NCBI RefSeq assembly: GCF_009914755.1
Contig: NC_060946.1
Length of the DNA stretch: 64,000 nt
Direction: 5' to 3' (one strand)
From: the human T2T-CHM13v2.0 reference genome, Homo sapiens
In this document: in pieces, positions 12,401 to 26,900 of the stretch
Layout of the letters: every line of letters starts with the position of its first letter
Numbering within the stretch: position 1 is the stretch's first letter
The notes under the pieces: generated by a model
Database searches by the model: none
Told to the model about the DNA's origin: nothing
The model's input: only the letters and a program-made list of their open reading frames with translations
Made by a program: the position numbers and the translations under genes

Positions 12401-15400
12401 CCTCTGCAGGTTCTACAAAAAGACTGTTCCCAAACTGCCCAATCAAAGGAGAGGTTCAACTCTGTGACGTAAATGGACACATCACAAAAAATTTCTTGGA
12501 ATGCTTCCGTCTAGTTCTTATGGGAAGATATTTCTCTTTCACCATAAGCCTCAAACGGATCAGAATTCTCCCTTTGCAGATTGTACAATAAGCCTCTTTC
12601 CAATCTGCTCAATCAAGAGAAAGTTTCCACTCGGTGAGGTGAATGCACACATCACAAGGGAGTTTCTCAGAAAGCTTCTGTTTAGTTTTTACGTGAAGAT
12701 ATTTCGTTTTTCACCACGGGCCTCAAAAGCTCTCCAAATATCCATTTGCAGATTCTAGAAAAAGAGTGTTTCCAAACTCCTCAATCAAAGGATAGTTTCA
12801 ATTCTGTGAGATGAAAGCACACATCACAACGAAGTTTCTTAGAAAGCGTCTGTCTAGTTTTTATGTGAAGATACTTCACATTGCATCACAGTACTCAATG
12901 GGCTCAGAAATATCCCCTTGCAGATCCTACAAAAGGATTGTTTCAAAACTGCTCAATCCAAAGAAAGCTTCAACTATGTGACACGAATACACACGTCATG
13001 AAGACCTTCCTCAGAATGCTTCTGTCTAGTTTACATGTGAAGAAGATTCCTATTTCACCATAGGCAATAAAGGGCTCACAAATGTTTTTTGCAGATTCTC
13101 CGAAAAGACTGTATCCAAACTGCTCAATAAAAAGAAAGTTTTAACTCTGTTCGATTAGTGGACACATCAAAAAGTAGTTTCTCAGAAAACTTCTGTGTAG
13201 TTTTTATGTGAAGATACTTCCTTTGTCACCATTGGCCTCCAAGCACTCCTAATATCCATTTACAGATGTCACAGAAAGAGTGTTTCCAAACTGCTCAATC
13301 AAAAGAAAGTGTTTAACTCTGTGAGGTGAAAGCACACATCTCAAAGAAGTTTCTCCGAAAGCTTCGGTCTAGTTTTCATGTGATGATATTTCCAGTCTCA
13401 CCATAGGCCTCAAAGGGCTAAGAAATATCCCTTTCCAGATTCTAAAAGACCACCATTTCCATACTTCTCAATCAAAAGAAAGGTTAAATTCTGTGAGGTT
13501 AATGCACACATCAGAATGAAGTTTCTCAGAATTCTCCTGTCTAGTTTTCATGGGAAGATATTTACTATTTCACTATAGGCTTCAAATGTCTCAAAAATAT
13601 CCCTTTGCAGATTCTACAAAAATATGCTTTCCAAAGTGCTGAATTAAAAGAAACCTTCAACTCTGTCAGATGAATGGAGACATCACAAAGAAGTTCCTCA
13701 GAATGCTTCTGTCTAGTTGAAATGTGAAGACATTTCTTTTTCACCATAGACCTCAAAGGGCTCAGAATTAGACCTTTGCAGATTGCAGAGAAAGACTGTC
13801 TCTAAACTGCTCAAATAAAATAAAGTTTCAACACGGTGAGATGAATGCACACCTCACAAAGAAGTTCCTCAGAAAGCTTCTGTCTGGTTTTTATGTGAAG
13901 ATATTTCCTTTTTCACCATAGGCCTTACACCGCTCACAAATATCCTTCTGCAGATACTATAAAAAGACGGTTTCCAAACTGCTCCATCAAAAGAAAATTT
14001 CACCTATCTGAGATGAATGCACACATCATAAAGAAGTTCCTCAGAATTCTTCTGTCTAGTTTTTATGTGAAGGTGTTTCCATTTTCACCTTAGGCCACAA
14101 AGCGCCCCAAACATCCATTTGCAGATGATACGAAAAGACTGTTTCCAAACTGCTCAATCAAAAGAAATTTTCAACTCTGTGAGATGAAAGCACACATCAC
14201 AAAAAAGTTTCTCAGAAACCTTCTGTCTCGCTTTTATCTCAAGATAATTCCTATTTTGCCATAGGAATCAAGGGGCTCACATATATCCCTTTGCAGATTC
14301 TACAAAAGTTCTCCTTAAAAACTTCTCAATCAAAAGAAACGTTCAACATTGTGAGATGAATGAACACATCCCAAAGACGTTTCTCAGGTTGCTTCTGTCT
14401 GGTTGCTATGTGAAGATGTTTCCTTTTTCACCATAGTCTTTAAGCCACTCAAAAATATCTGTCTGCAGACTCTACAAGAAGACTCTTTCCAAACTGGCCC
14501 ATATGGCATGTTTCAACTATGTGAAACGAATGCACTCATCAAAAAGTAGTTTTTCAGGAGTCTCCTGTCTAGTTTTCATGTGAAGATATTTCCTTTTTCA
14601 CCGTAGGCCACAAATTGCTCCAAATATCCATTTGCAGATTCTACAAAAAGAATGTTCCCAAACTGGTCAATCAAAAGAAAGGCGCAACTCTGTGAGACGA
14701 AAGCACACATCACAAAGAAGTTTCTCGGAAAGCCTCTGTCTACATTTTATGTGAAGGTATTTCCTTTGGCACCATAGGCCTTAAACCGCTCGCAAATATA
14801 ACTCCACTTATACTACCAAGAGACTTTCTCCAAATTGCTAAATCAAAAGAAAGGTTCAACTCTGTGAGATGAATACACACATCAAAAAGAAGTTTCTCAA
14901 AATGCTTCTGTCTAGTTTTCATGGGAAGATATTTATTTTTCACCGTTGGCCCCAAACCGCTCAGAAATATCCCTTTGCAGTTTGTAGGAAAAGACTGCTT
15001 CCAAACTGCTCAATGAAAGGAAATGGTCAACTATTAGAGATGAATGGAAATGTCGCAAAGAGTTTTCTCGAAAAGCTACTGTGTCGTTTTTATGTGAAGA
15101 CATTGCCTTTTGCACCCTAGGCCTTAAAACTCTCTAAATGCACATTCACAGATTCTACAAAAAGACTGATTCCAAACTGCTCAAACAGAAGAAGGGTTCA
15201 ATTCCGTGTGACAAACGTGCACATCACCAAGAAATTTGTCAGAAAGCTTCTGTCTACTTTTTATGTGAAGATATTTCATATTTCAACAAAGGCCATAAAG
15301 GGCTCACAAATATCCCTTCGCAGATTCTAAGAAAAGACGTTTTCCAAACTCCTCAATCAAAAGAAAGGTTTAACTCTGTGAGATGAATGGACACATCACG

Positions 15401-18400
15401 AAGAAGTTTCTCAGAAAGCTTCTGTCTAGTTTTTCTGTGAAGATATTTCTTTTTCACCATAGGCCTCAAGCAGCTAAGAAGTTTCCCTCTGCAGCTTCTA
15501 CCAAAGACTGTTTCCAAACTGCTCACCTGAAAGAAAGGTTGAATTCTGTGACATGAATTCACACATCACAAAGAGGTTTTTCAGAAATCTTCTGTCTGGT
15601 TTTTAGGTGAAGATACTTCCTTTTTCACCACGGGCCTCAAATATCTCCAAATATCCATTTGCAGATTCTACAGAAAGACTTTGCAAACTGCTCAATCAAA
15701 AGAAGGGTTCAACACTGTGAGATGAAGGCACACATCACCAAGAAGTTTCTCAGAAACCTTCTGTCTAGTTTTTAGGTGAAGATACTTCGTATTTCACCAC
15801 AGGCCATAAAGGGCTCACAAATATCCCTCTGCAGGTTCTACAAAAAGACTGTTCCCAAACTGCCCAATCAAAGGAGAGGTTCAACTCTGTGACGTAAATG
15901 GACACATCACAAAAAATTTCTTGGAATGCTTCCGTCTAGTTCTTATGGGAAGATATTTCTCTTTCACCATAAGCCTCAAACGGATCAGAATTCTCCCTTT
16001 GCAGATTGTACAATAAGCCTCTTTCCAATCTGCTCAATCAAGAGAAAGTTTCCACTCGGTTAGGTGAATGCACACATCACAAGGGAGTTTCTCAGAAAGC
16101 TTCTGTTTAGTTTTTACGTGAAGATATTTCGTTTTTCACCACGGGCCTCAAAAGCTCTCCAAATATCCATTTGCAGATTCTAGAAAAAGAGTGTTTCCAA
16201 ACTCCTCAATCAAAGGATAGTTTCAATTCTGTGAGATGAAAGCACACATCACAACGAAGTTTCTTAGAAAGCGTCTGTCTAGTTTTTATGTGAAGATACT
16301 TCACATTGCATCACAGTACTCAATGGGCTCAGAAATATCCCCTTGCAGATCCTAGAAAAGGACTGTTTCAAAACTGCTCAATCCAAAGAAAGCTTCAACT
16401 ATGTGACACGAATGCACACGTCACGAAGACCTTCCTCAGAATGCTTCTGTCTAGTTTACATGTGAAGAAGATTCCTATTTCACCATAGGCAATAAAGGGC
16501 TCACAAATGTTTTTTGCAGATTCTCCGAAAACACTGTATCCAAACTGCTCAATAAAAAGAAAGTTTTAACTCTGTTCGATTAGTGGACACATCAAAAAGT
16601 AGTTTCTCAGAAAACTTCTGTGTAGTTTTTATGTGAAGATACTTCCTTTGTCACCATTGGCCTCAAAGCACTCCTAATATCCATTTACAGATGTCACAGA
16701 AAGAGTGTTTCCAAACTGCTCAATCAAAGGAAAGTGTTTAACTCTGTGAGGTGAAAGCACACATCTCAAAGAAGTTTCTCCGAAAGCTTCGGTCTAGTTT
16801 TCATGTGATGATATTTCCAGTCTCACCATAGGCCTCAAAGGGCTAAGAAATATCCCTTTCCAGATTCTAAAAGACCACCATTTCCATACTTCTCAATCAA
16901 AAGAAAGGTTAAATTCTGTGAGGTTAATGCACACATCAGAATGAAGTTTCTCAGAATTCTCCTGTCTAGTTTTCATGGGAAGATATTTACTATTTCACTA
17001 TAGGCTTCAAATGTCTCAAAAATATCCCTTTGCAGATTCTACAAAAATATGCTTTCCAAAGTGCTGAATTAAAAGAAACCTTCAACTCTGTCAGATGAAT
17101 GGAGACATCACAAAGAAGTTCCTCAGAATGCTTCTGTCTAGTTGAAATGTGAAGACATTTCTTTTTCACCATAGACCTCAAAGGGCTCAGAATTAGACCT
17201 TTGCAGATTGCAGAGAAAGACTGTCTCTAAACTGCTCAAATAAAATAAAGTTTCAACACGGTGAGATGAATGCACACCTCACAAAGAAGTTCCTCAGAAA
17301 GCTTCTGTCTGGTTTTTATGTGAAGATATTTCCTTTTTCACCATAGGCCTTACACCGCTCACGAATATCCTTCTGCAGATACTATAAAAAGACGGTTTCC
17401 AAACTGCTCCATCAAAAGAAAATTTCACCTATCTGAGATGAATGCACACATCATAAAGAAGTTCCTCAGAATTCTTCTGTCTAGTTTTTATGTGAAGGTG
17501 TTTCCATTTTCACCTTAGGCCACAAAGCTCCCCAAACATCCATTTGCAGATGATACGAAAAGACTGTTTCCAAACTGCTCAATCAAAAGAAATTTTCAAC
17601 TCTGTGAGATGAAAGCACACATCACAAAAAAGTTTCTCAGAAACCTTCTGTCTCGCTTTTATCTCAAGATAATTCCTATTTTGCCATAGGAATCAAGGGG
17701 CTCACATATATCCCTTTGCAGATTCTACAAAAGTTCTCCTTAAAAACTTCTCAATCAAAAGAAACGTTCAACATTGTGAGATGAATGAACACATCCCAAA
17801 GACGTTTCTCAGGTTGCTTCTGTCTGGTTGCTATGTGAAGATGTTTCCTTTTTCACCATAGTCTTTAAGCCACTCAAAAATATCTGTCTGCAGACTCTAC
17901 AAGAAGACTCTTTCCAAACTGGCCCATATGGCATGTTTGAACTATGTGAAACGAATGCACTCATCAAAAAGTAGTTTTTCAGGAGTCTCCTGTCTAGTTT
18001 TCATGTGAAGATATTTCCTTTTTCACCGTAGGCCACAAATTGCTCCAAATATCCATTTGCAGATTCTACAAAAAGAATGTTCCCAAACTGGTCAATCAAA
18101 AGAAAGGCGCAACTCTGTGAGACGAAAGCACACATCACAAAGAAGTTTCTCGGAAAGCCTCTGTCTACATTTTATGTGAAGGTATTTCCTTTGGCACCAT
18201 AGGCCTTAAACCGCTCGCAAATATAACTCCACTTATACTACCAAGAGACTTTCTCCAAATTGCTAAATCAAAAGAAAGGTTCAACTCTGTGAGATGAATA
18301 CACACATCAAAAAGAAGTTTCTCAAAATGCTTCTGTCTAGTTTTCATGGGAAGATATTTATTTTTCACCGTTGGCCCCAAACCGCTCAGAAATATCCCTT

Positions 18401-20549
18401 TGCAGTTTGTAGGAAAAGACTGCTTCCAAACTGCTCAATGAAAGGAAATGGTCAACTATTAGAGATGAATGGAAATGCCGCAAAGAGTTTTCTCGAAAAG
18501 CTACTGTGTCGTTTTTATGTGAAGACATTGCCTTTTGCACACTAGGCCTTAAAACTCTCTAAATGCACATTCACAGATTCTACAAAAAGACTGATTCCAA
18601 ACTGCTCAATCAGAAGAAGGGTTCAATTCCGTGTGACAAACGTGCACATCACCAAGAAATTTGTCAGAAAGCTTCTGTCTACTTTTTATGTGAAGATATT
18701 TCATATTTCAACAAAGGCCATAAAGGGCTCACAAATATCCCTTCGCAGATTCTAAGAAAAGACGTTTTCCAAACTCCTCAATCAAAAGAAAGGTTTAACT
18801 CTGTGAGATGAATGGACACATCACGAAGAAGTTTCTCAGAAAGCTTCTGTCTAGTTTTTCTGTGAAGATATTTCTTTTTCACCATAGGCCTCAAGCAGCT
18901 AAGAAATTTCCCTCTGCAGCTTCTACCAAAGACTGTTTCCAAACTGCTCACCTGAAAGAAAGTTTGAATTCTGTGACATGAATTCACACATCACAAAGAG
19001 GTTTTTCAGAAATCTTCTGTCTGGTTTTTAGGTGAAGATACTTCCTTTTTCACCACGGGCCTCAAATATCTCCAAATATCCATTTGCAGATTCTACAGAA
19101 AGACTTTGCAAACTGCTCAATCAAAAGAAGGGTTCAACACTGTGAGATGAAGGCACACATCACCAAGAAGTTTCTCAGAAACCTTCTGTCTAGTTTTTAG
19201 GTGAAGATACTTCGTATTTCACCACAGGCCATAAAGGGCTCACAAATATCCCTCTGCAGGTTCTACAAAAAGACTGTTCCCAAACTGCCCAATCAAAGGA
19301 GAGGTTCAACTCTGTGACGTAAATGGACACATCACAAAAAATTTCTTGGAATGCTTCCGTCTAGTTCTTATGGGAAGATATTTCTCTTTCACCATAAGCC
19401 TCAAACGGATCAGAATTCTCCCTTTGCAGATTGTACAATAAGCCTCTTTCCAATCTGCTCAATCAAGAGAAAGTTTCCACTCGGTTAGGTGAATGCACAC
19501 ATCACAAGGGAGTTTCTCAGAAAGCTTCTGTTTAGTTTTTACGTGAAGATATTTCGTTTTTCACCATGGGCCTCAAAAGCTCTCCAAATATCCATTTGCA
19601 GATTCTAGAAAAAGAGTGTTTCCAAACTCCTCAATCAAAGGATAGTTTCAATTCTGTGAGATGAAAGCACACATCACAACGAAGTTTCTTAGAAAGCGTC
19701 TGTCTAGTTTTTATGTGAAGATACTTCACATTGCATCACAGTACTCAATGGGCTCAGAAATATCCCCTTGCAGATCCTAGAAAAGGACTGTTTCAAAACT
19801 GCTCAATCCAAAGAAAGCTTCAACTATGTGACACGAATGCACACGTCACGAAGACCTTCCTCAGAATGCTTCTGTCTAGTTTACATGTGAAGAAGATTCC
19901 TATTTCACCATAGGCAATAAAGGGCTCACAAATGTTTTTTGCAGATTCTCCGAAAACACTGTATCCAAACTGCTCAATAAAAAGAAAGTTTTAACTCTGT
20001 TCGATTAGTGGACACATCAAAAAGTAGTTTCTCAGAAAACTTCTGTGTAGTTTTTATGTGAAGATACTTCCTTTGTCACCATTGGCCTCAAAGCACTCCT
20101 AATATCCATTTACTGATGTCACAGAAAGAGTGTTTCCAAACTGCTCAATCAAAAGAAAGTGTTTAACTCTGTGAGGTGAAAGCACACATCTCAAAGAAGT
20201 TTCTCCGAAAGCTTCGGTCTAGTTTTCATGTGATGATATTTCCAGTCTCACCATAGGCCTCAAAGGGCTAAGAAATATCCCTTTCCAGATTCTAAAAGAC
20301 CACCATTTCCATACTTCTCAATCAAAAGAAAGGTTAAATTCTGTGAGGTTAATGCACACATCAGAATGAAGTTTCTCAGAATTCTCCTGTCTAGTTTTCC
20401 TGGGAAGATATTTACTATTTCACTATAGGCTTCAAATGTCTCAAAAATATCCCTTTGCAGATTCTACAAAAATATGCTTTCCAAAGTGCTGAATTAAAAG
20501 AAACCTTCAACTCTGTCAGATGAATGGAGACATCACAAAGAAGTTCCTC
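3426..20549 (-). repeat. HOR copies 2-6 (starts 3426, 6850, 10275, 13700, 17125), haplotype 'A'
   Basis: Shared markers: GACTCTTTCC, AAGTAGTTTTTCAGG, CTCGAAAAGC, CTAAATGCACATTC, GTTCCCAAACTGCCC and AATCAAGAGAAAG. Most copies also have CTCGGTTAGG and CACCTCACAAAG. Copy 2 has a 1-bp deletion near 3433 (GCTCTGTC). Confidence 0.85.
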
Positions 20550-23500
20550 AGAATGCTTCTGTCTAGTTGAAATGTGAAGACATTTCTTTTTCACCATAGA
20601 CCTCAAAGGGCTCAGAATTAGACCTTTGCAGATTGCAGAGAAAGACTGTCTCTAAACTGCTCAAATAAAATAAAGTTTCAACACGGTGAGATGAATGCAC
20701 ACCTCACAAAGAAGTTCCTCAGAAAGCTTCTGTCTGGTTTTTATGTGAAGATATTTCCTTTTTCACCATAGGCCTTACACCGCTCACAAATATCCTTCTG
20801 CAGATACTATAAAAAGACGGTTTCCAAACTGCTCCATCAAAAGAAAATTTCACCTATCTGAGATGAATGCACACATCATAAAGAAGTTCCTCAGAATTCT
20901 TCTGTCTAGTTTTTATGTGAAGGTGTTTCCATTTTCACCTTAGGCCACAAAGCGCCCCAAACATCCATTTGCAGATGATACGAAAAGACTGTTTCCAAAC
21001 TGCTCAAAGAAAAGAAATTTTCAACTCTGTGAGATGAAAGCACACATCACAAAAAAGTTTCTCAGAAATCTTCTGTCTCGCTTTTATCTCAAGATAATTC
21101 CTATTTTGCCATAGGAATCAAGGGGCTCACATATATCCCTTTGCAGATTCTACAAAAGTTCTCTAACAACCTTCTCAATCAAAAGAAACGTTCAACATTG
21201 TGAGATGAATGAACACATCCCAAAGACGTTTCTCAGGTTGCTTCTGTCTGGTTGCTATGTGAAGATGTTTCCTTTTTCACCATAGTCTTTAAGCCACTCA
21301 AAAATATCTGTCTGCAGACTCTACAAAAAGACTCTTTCCAAACTGGCCCATATGGCATGTTTCAACTATGTGAAAGGAATGCACTCATCAAAAAGTAGTT
21401 TCTCAGGAGTCTCCTGTCTAGTTTTCATGTGAAGATATTTCCATTTTCACCGTAGGCCACAAATTGCTCCAAATATCCATTTGCAGATTCTACAAAAAGA
21501 ATGTTCCCAAACTGGTCAATCAAAAGAAAGGCGCAACTCTGTGAGACGAAAGCACACATCACAAAGAAGTTTCTCGGAAAGCCTCTGTCTACATTTTATG
21601 TGAAGCTATTTCCTTTGGCACCATAGGCCTTAAACCGCTCGCAAATATGACTCCACTTATACTACCAAGAGACTTTCTCCAAATTGCTAAATCAAAAGAA
21701 AGGTTCAACTCTGTGAGATGAATACACACATCAAAAAGAAGTTTCTCAAAATGCTTCTGTCTAGTTTTCATGGGAAGATATTTATTTTTCACCGTTGGCC
21801 CCAAACCGCTCAGAAATATCCCTTTGCAGTTTGTAGGAAAAGACTGCTTCCAAACTGCTCAATGAAAGGAAATGGTCAACTATTAGAGATGAATGGAAAT
21901 GTCGCAAAGAGTTTTCTCGAAAAGCTACTGTGTCGTTTTTATGTGAAGACATTGCCTTTTGCACCCTAGGCCTTAAAACTCTCTAAATACACATTCACAG
22001 ATTCTACAAAAAGACTGATTCCAAACTGCTCAATCAGAAGAAGGGTTCAATTCCGTGTGACAAACGTGCACATCACCAAGAAATTTGTCAGAAAGCTTCT
22101 GTCTACTTTTTATGTGAAGATATTTCATATTTCATCAAAGGCCATAAAGGGCACACAAATATCCCTTCGCAGATTCTAAGAAAAGAAGTTTGCCAAACTC
22201 CTCAATCAAAAGAAAGGTTTAACTCTGTGAGATGAATGGACACAACACGAAGAAGTTTCTCAGAAAGCTTCTGTCTAGTTTTTCTGTGAAGATATTTCTT
22301 TTTCACCATAGGCCTCAAGCAGCTAAAAAATTTCCCTCTGCAGCTTCTACCAAATACTGTTTCCAAACTGCTCAACTGAAAGAAAGGTTGAATTCTGTGA
22401 CATGAATTCACACATCACAAAGAGGTTTTTCAGAAATCTTCTGTCTGGTTTTTAGGTGAAGATACTTCCTTTTTCACCACGGGCCTCAAATATCTCCAAA
22501 TATCCATTTGCAGATTCTACAGAAAGACTTTGCAAACTGCTCAATCAAAAGAAGGGTTCAACACTGTGAGATGAAGGCACACATCACCAAGAAGTTTCTC
22601 AGAAACCTTCTGTCTAGTTTTTAGGTGAAGATACTTCGTATTTCACCACAGGCCATAAAGGGCTCACAAATATACCTCTGCAGGTTCTACAAAAAGACTG
22701 TTCCCAAACTGCCCAAACAAAGGAGAGGTTCAACTCTGTGACGTAAATGGACACATCACAAAAAATTTCTTGGAATGCTTCCGTCTAGTTCTTATGGGAA
22801 GATATTTCTCTTTCACCATAAGCCTCAAACGGATCAGAATTCTCCCTTTGCAGATTGTACAATAAGCCTCTTTCCAATCTGCTCAATCAAAAGAAAGTTT
22901 CCACTCGGTGAGGTGAATGCACACATCGCAAGGGAGTTTCTCAGAAAGCTTCTGTTTAGTTTTTACGTGAAGATATTTCGTTTTTCACCACGGGCCTCAA
23001 AAGCTCTAAAAATTTCCATTTGCAGACTCTAGAAAAAGAGTGTTTCCAAACTCCTCAATCAAAGGATAGTTTCAATTCTGTGAGACGAAAGCACACATCA
23101 CAACGAAGTTTCTTAGAAAGCGTCTGTCTAGTTTTTATGTGAAGATACTTCACATTGCATCACAGTACTCAATGGGCTCAGAAATATACCCTTGCAGATC
23201 CTACAAAAGGACTGTTTCAGAACTGCTCAATCCAAAGAAAGCTTCAACTATGTGAGACGAATGCACACGTCACGAAGAAGTTCCTCAGAATGCTTCTGTC
23301 TAGTTTACATGTGAAGAAGATTCCTATTTCACCATAGGCAATAAAGGGCTCACAAATGTTTTTTGCAGATTCTCCAAAAAGACTGTATCCAAACTGCTCA
23401 ATAAAAAGAAAGTTTTAACCCTGTTCGATTAGTGGACACATCAAAAATTAGTTTCTCAGAAAACTTCTGTGTAGTTATTATGTGAAGATACTTCCTTTGT

Positions 23501-23973
23501 CACCATTGGCCTCAAAGCACTCCTAATATCCATTTACAGATGTCACAGAAAGAGTGTTTCCAAACTGCTCAATCAAAAGAAAGTGTTTAACTCTGTGAGG
23601 TGAAAGCACACATCTCAAAGAAGTTTCTCCGAAAGCTTCGGTCTAGTTTTCATGTGATGATACTTCCAGTCTTACCATAGGCCTCAAAGGGCTAAGAAAT
23701 ATCCCTTTCCAGATTCTAAAAGACCACCATTTCCATACTTCTCAATCAAAAGAAAGGTTAAATTCTGTGAGGTTAATGCACACATCAGAATGAAGTTTCT
23801 CAGAATTCTCCTCTCTAGTTTTCATGGGAAGATATTTACTATTTCACTATAGGCTTCAAATGTCTCAAAAATATCCCTTTGCAGATTCTACAAAAATATG
23901 CTTTCCAAAGTGCTGAATTAAAAGAAACCTTCAACTCTGTCAGATGAATGGAGACATCACAAAGAAGTTCCTC
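20550..23973 (-). repeat. HOR copy 7 (3424 bp), chimeric A-to-B transition copy
   Basis: A markers are present early (CACCTCAC ~20700, CTCGAAAAG ~21917). There is a 1-bp deletion near 21165 (CTCTAACAACC). B markers appear from ~23000 (CTCTAAAAATTTCC, CAGACTCTAG). Confidence 0.8.
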
Positions 23974-26900
23974 AGAATGCTTCTGTCTAGTTGAAATGTG
24001 AAGACATTTCTTTTTCACCATAGACCTCAAAGGGCTCAGAATTAGACCTTTGCAGATTGCAGAGAAAGACTGTCTCTAAACTGCTCAAATAAAATAAAGT
24101 TTCAACACGGTGAGATGAATGCACACATCACAAAGAAGTTCCTCAGAAAGCTTCTATCTGGTTTTTATGTGAAGATATTTCCTTTTTCACCATAGGCCTT
24201 ACACCGTTCACAAATATCCTTCTGCAGATACTATAAAAAGACGGTTTCCAAACAGCTCCATCAAAAGAAAATTTCACCTATCTGAGATGAATGCACACAT
24301 CATAAAGAAGTTCCTCAGAGTTCTTCTGTCTAGTTTTTATGTGAAGGTGTTTCCATTTTCACCTTAGGCCACAAAGCGCCCCAAACATCCATTTGCAGAT
24401 GATACGAAAAGACTGTTTCCACACTGCTCAATCAAAAGAAATTTTCAACTCTGTGAGATGAAAGCACACATCACAAAAAAGTTTCTCAGAAATCTTCTGT
24501 CTGGCTTTTATCTCAAGATAATTCCTATTTTGCCATAGGAATCAAGGGGCTCACATATATCCCTTTGCAGATGCTACAAAAGTTCTCCTTACAAACTTCT
24601 CAATCAAAAGAAACGTTCAACATTGTGAGATGAATGAACACATCCCAAAGACGTTTCTCAGGTTGCTTCTGTCTGGTTGCTATGTGAAGATGTTTCCTTT
24701 TTCACCATAGTCTTTAAGCCACTCAAAAATATCTGTCTGCAGACTCTACAATAAGACTGTTTCCAAACTGGCCCATATGGCATGTTTCAACTATGTGAAA
24801 TGAATGCACTCATCAAAAAGAAGTTTCTCAGGAGTCTCCTGTCTAGTTTTCATGTGAAGATATTTCCTTTTTCACCGTAGGCCACAAATTGCTCCAAATA
24901 TCCATTTGCAGATTCTACAAAAAGAATGTTCCCAAACTGGTCAATCAACAGAAAGGCGCAACTCTGTGAGACGAAAGCACACATCACAAAGAAGTTTCTC
25001 GGAAAGCCTCTGTCTACATTTTATGTGAAGGTATTTCCTTTGGCACCATAGGCCTTAAACGGCTCGCAAATATGACTCCACTTATACTACCAAGAGACTT
25101 TCTCCAAATTGCTAAATCAAAAGAAAGTTTCAACCCTGTGAGATGAATACACACATCAAAAAGAAGTTTCTCAAAATGCTTCTGTCTAGTTTTCATGGGA
25201 AGACATTTATTTTTCACCGATGGCCCAAAACCGCTCAGAAATATCCCTTTGCAGTTTGTAGAAAAAGACTGCTTCCAAACTGCTCAATGAAAGGAAATGG
25301 TCAACTATTAGAGATGAATGGAAATGTCGCAAAGAGTTTTCTCAAAAAGCTACTGTGTCATTTTTATGTGAAGACATTGCCTTTTGCACCCTAGGCCTTA
25401 CAACTCTCTAAATACACATTCACAGATTCTACAAAAAGACTGATTCCAAACTGCTCAATCAGAAGAAGGGTTCAATTCCGTGTGACAAACGTGCACATCA
25501 CCAAGAAATTTGTCAGAAAGCTTCTGTCTACTTTTTATGTGAAGATAATTCATATTTCAACAAAGGCCATAAAGGGCTCACAAATATCCCTTCGCAGATT
25601 CTAAGAAAAGACGTTTTCCAAACTCCTCAATCAAAAGAAAGGTTTAACTCTGTGAGATGAATGGACACATCACGAAGAAGTTTCTCAGAAAGCTTCTGTC
25701 TAGTTTTTCTGTGAAGATATTTCTTTTTCACCATAGGCCTCAAGCAGCTAAGAAATTTCCCCCTGCAGCTTCTACCAAAGACTGTTTCCAAACTGCTCAC
25801 CTGAAAGGAAGGTTGAATTCTGTGACATGAATTCACACATCACAAAGAGGTTTTTCAGAAATCTTCTGTCTGGTTTTAAGGTGAAGATACTTCCTTTTTC
25901 ACCACGGGCCTCAAATATCTCCAAATATCCATTTGCAGATTCTACAGAAAGACTTTGCAAACTGCTCAATCAAAAGAAAGGTTCAACACTGTGAGATGAA
26001 GGCACACATCACCAAGAAGTTTCTCAGAAACCTTCTGTCTAGATTTTAGGTGAAGATACTTCATATTTCACCACAGGCCATAAAGGGCTCACAAATATCC
26101 CTCTGCAGGTTCTACAAAAAGACTGTTTCCAAACTGCCCAATCAAAGGAGAGGTTCAACTCTGTGACGTAAATGGACACATCACAAAAAACTTCTTGGAA
26201 TGCTTCCGTCTAGTTCTTATGGGAAGATATTTCTCTTTCACCAGAAGCCTCAAACGGATCAGAATTCTCCCTTTGCAGATTGTACAATAAGCCTCTTTCC
26301 AATCTGCTCAATCAAAAGAAAGTTTCCACTCGGTGAGGTGAATGCACACATCGCAAGGGAGTTTCTCAGGAAGCTTCTGTTTAGTTTTTACGTGAAGATA
26401 TTTCGTTTTTCACCACGGACCTCAAAAGCTCTCCAAATATCCATTTGCAGACTCTAGAAAAAGAGTGTTTCCAAACTCCTCAATCAAAGGATAGTTTCAA
26501 TTCTGTGAGACGAAAGCACACATCACAACGAAGTTTCTTAGAAAGCGTCTGTCTAGTTTTTATGTGAAGATACTTCACATTGCATCACAGTACTCAATGG
26601 GCTCAGAAATATCCCCTTGCAGATCCTACAAAAGGACTGTTTCAGAACTGCTCAATCCAAAGAAAGCTTCAACTATGTGACACGAATGCACACGTCACGA
26701 AGACCTTCCTCAGAATGCTTCTGTCTAGTTTACATGTGAAGAAGATTCCTATTTCAACATAGGCAATAAAGGGCTCACAAATATTTTTTGCAGATTTTAC
26801 AAAAAGACTGTATCCAAACTGCTCAATAAAAAGAAAGTTTTAACTCTGTTCGATTAGTGGACACATCAAAAATTAGTTTCTCAGAAAACTTCTGTGTAGT

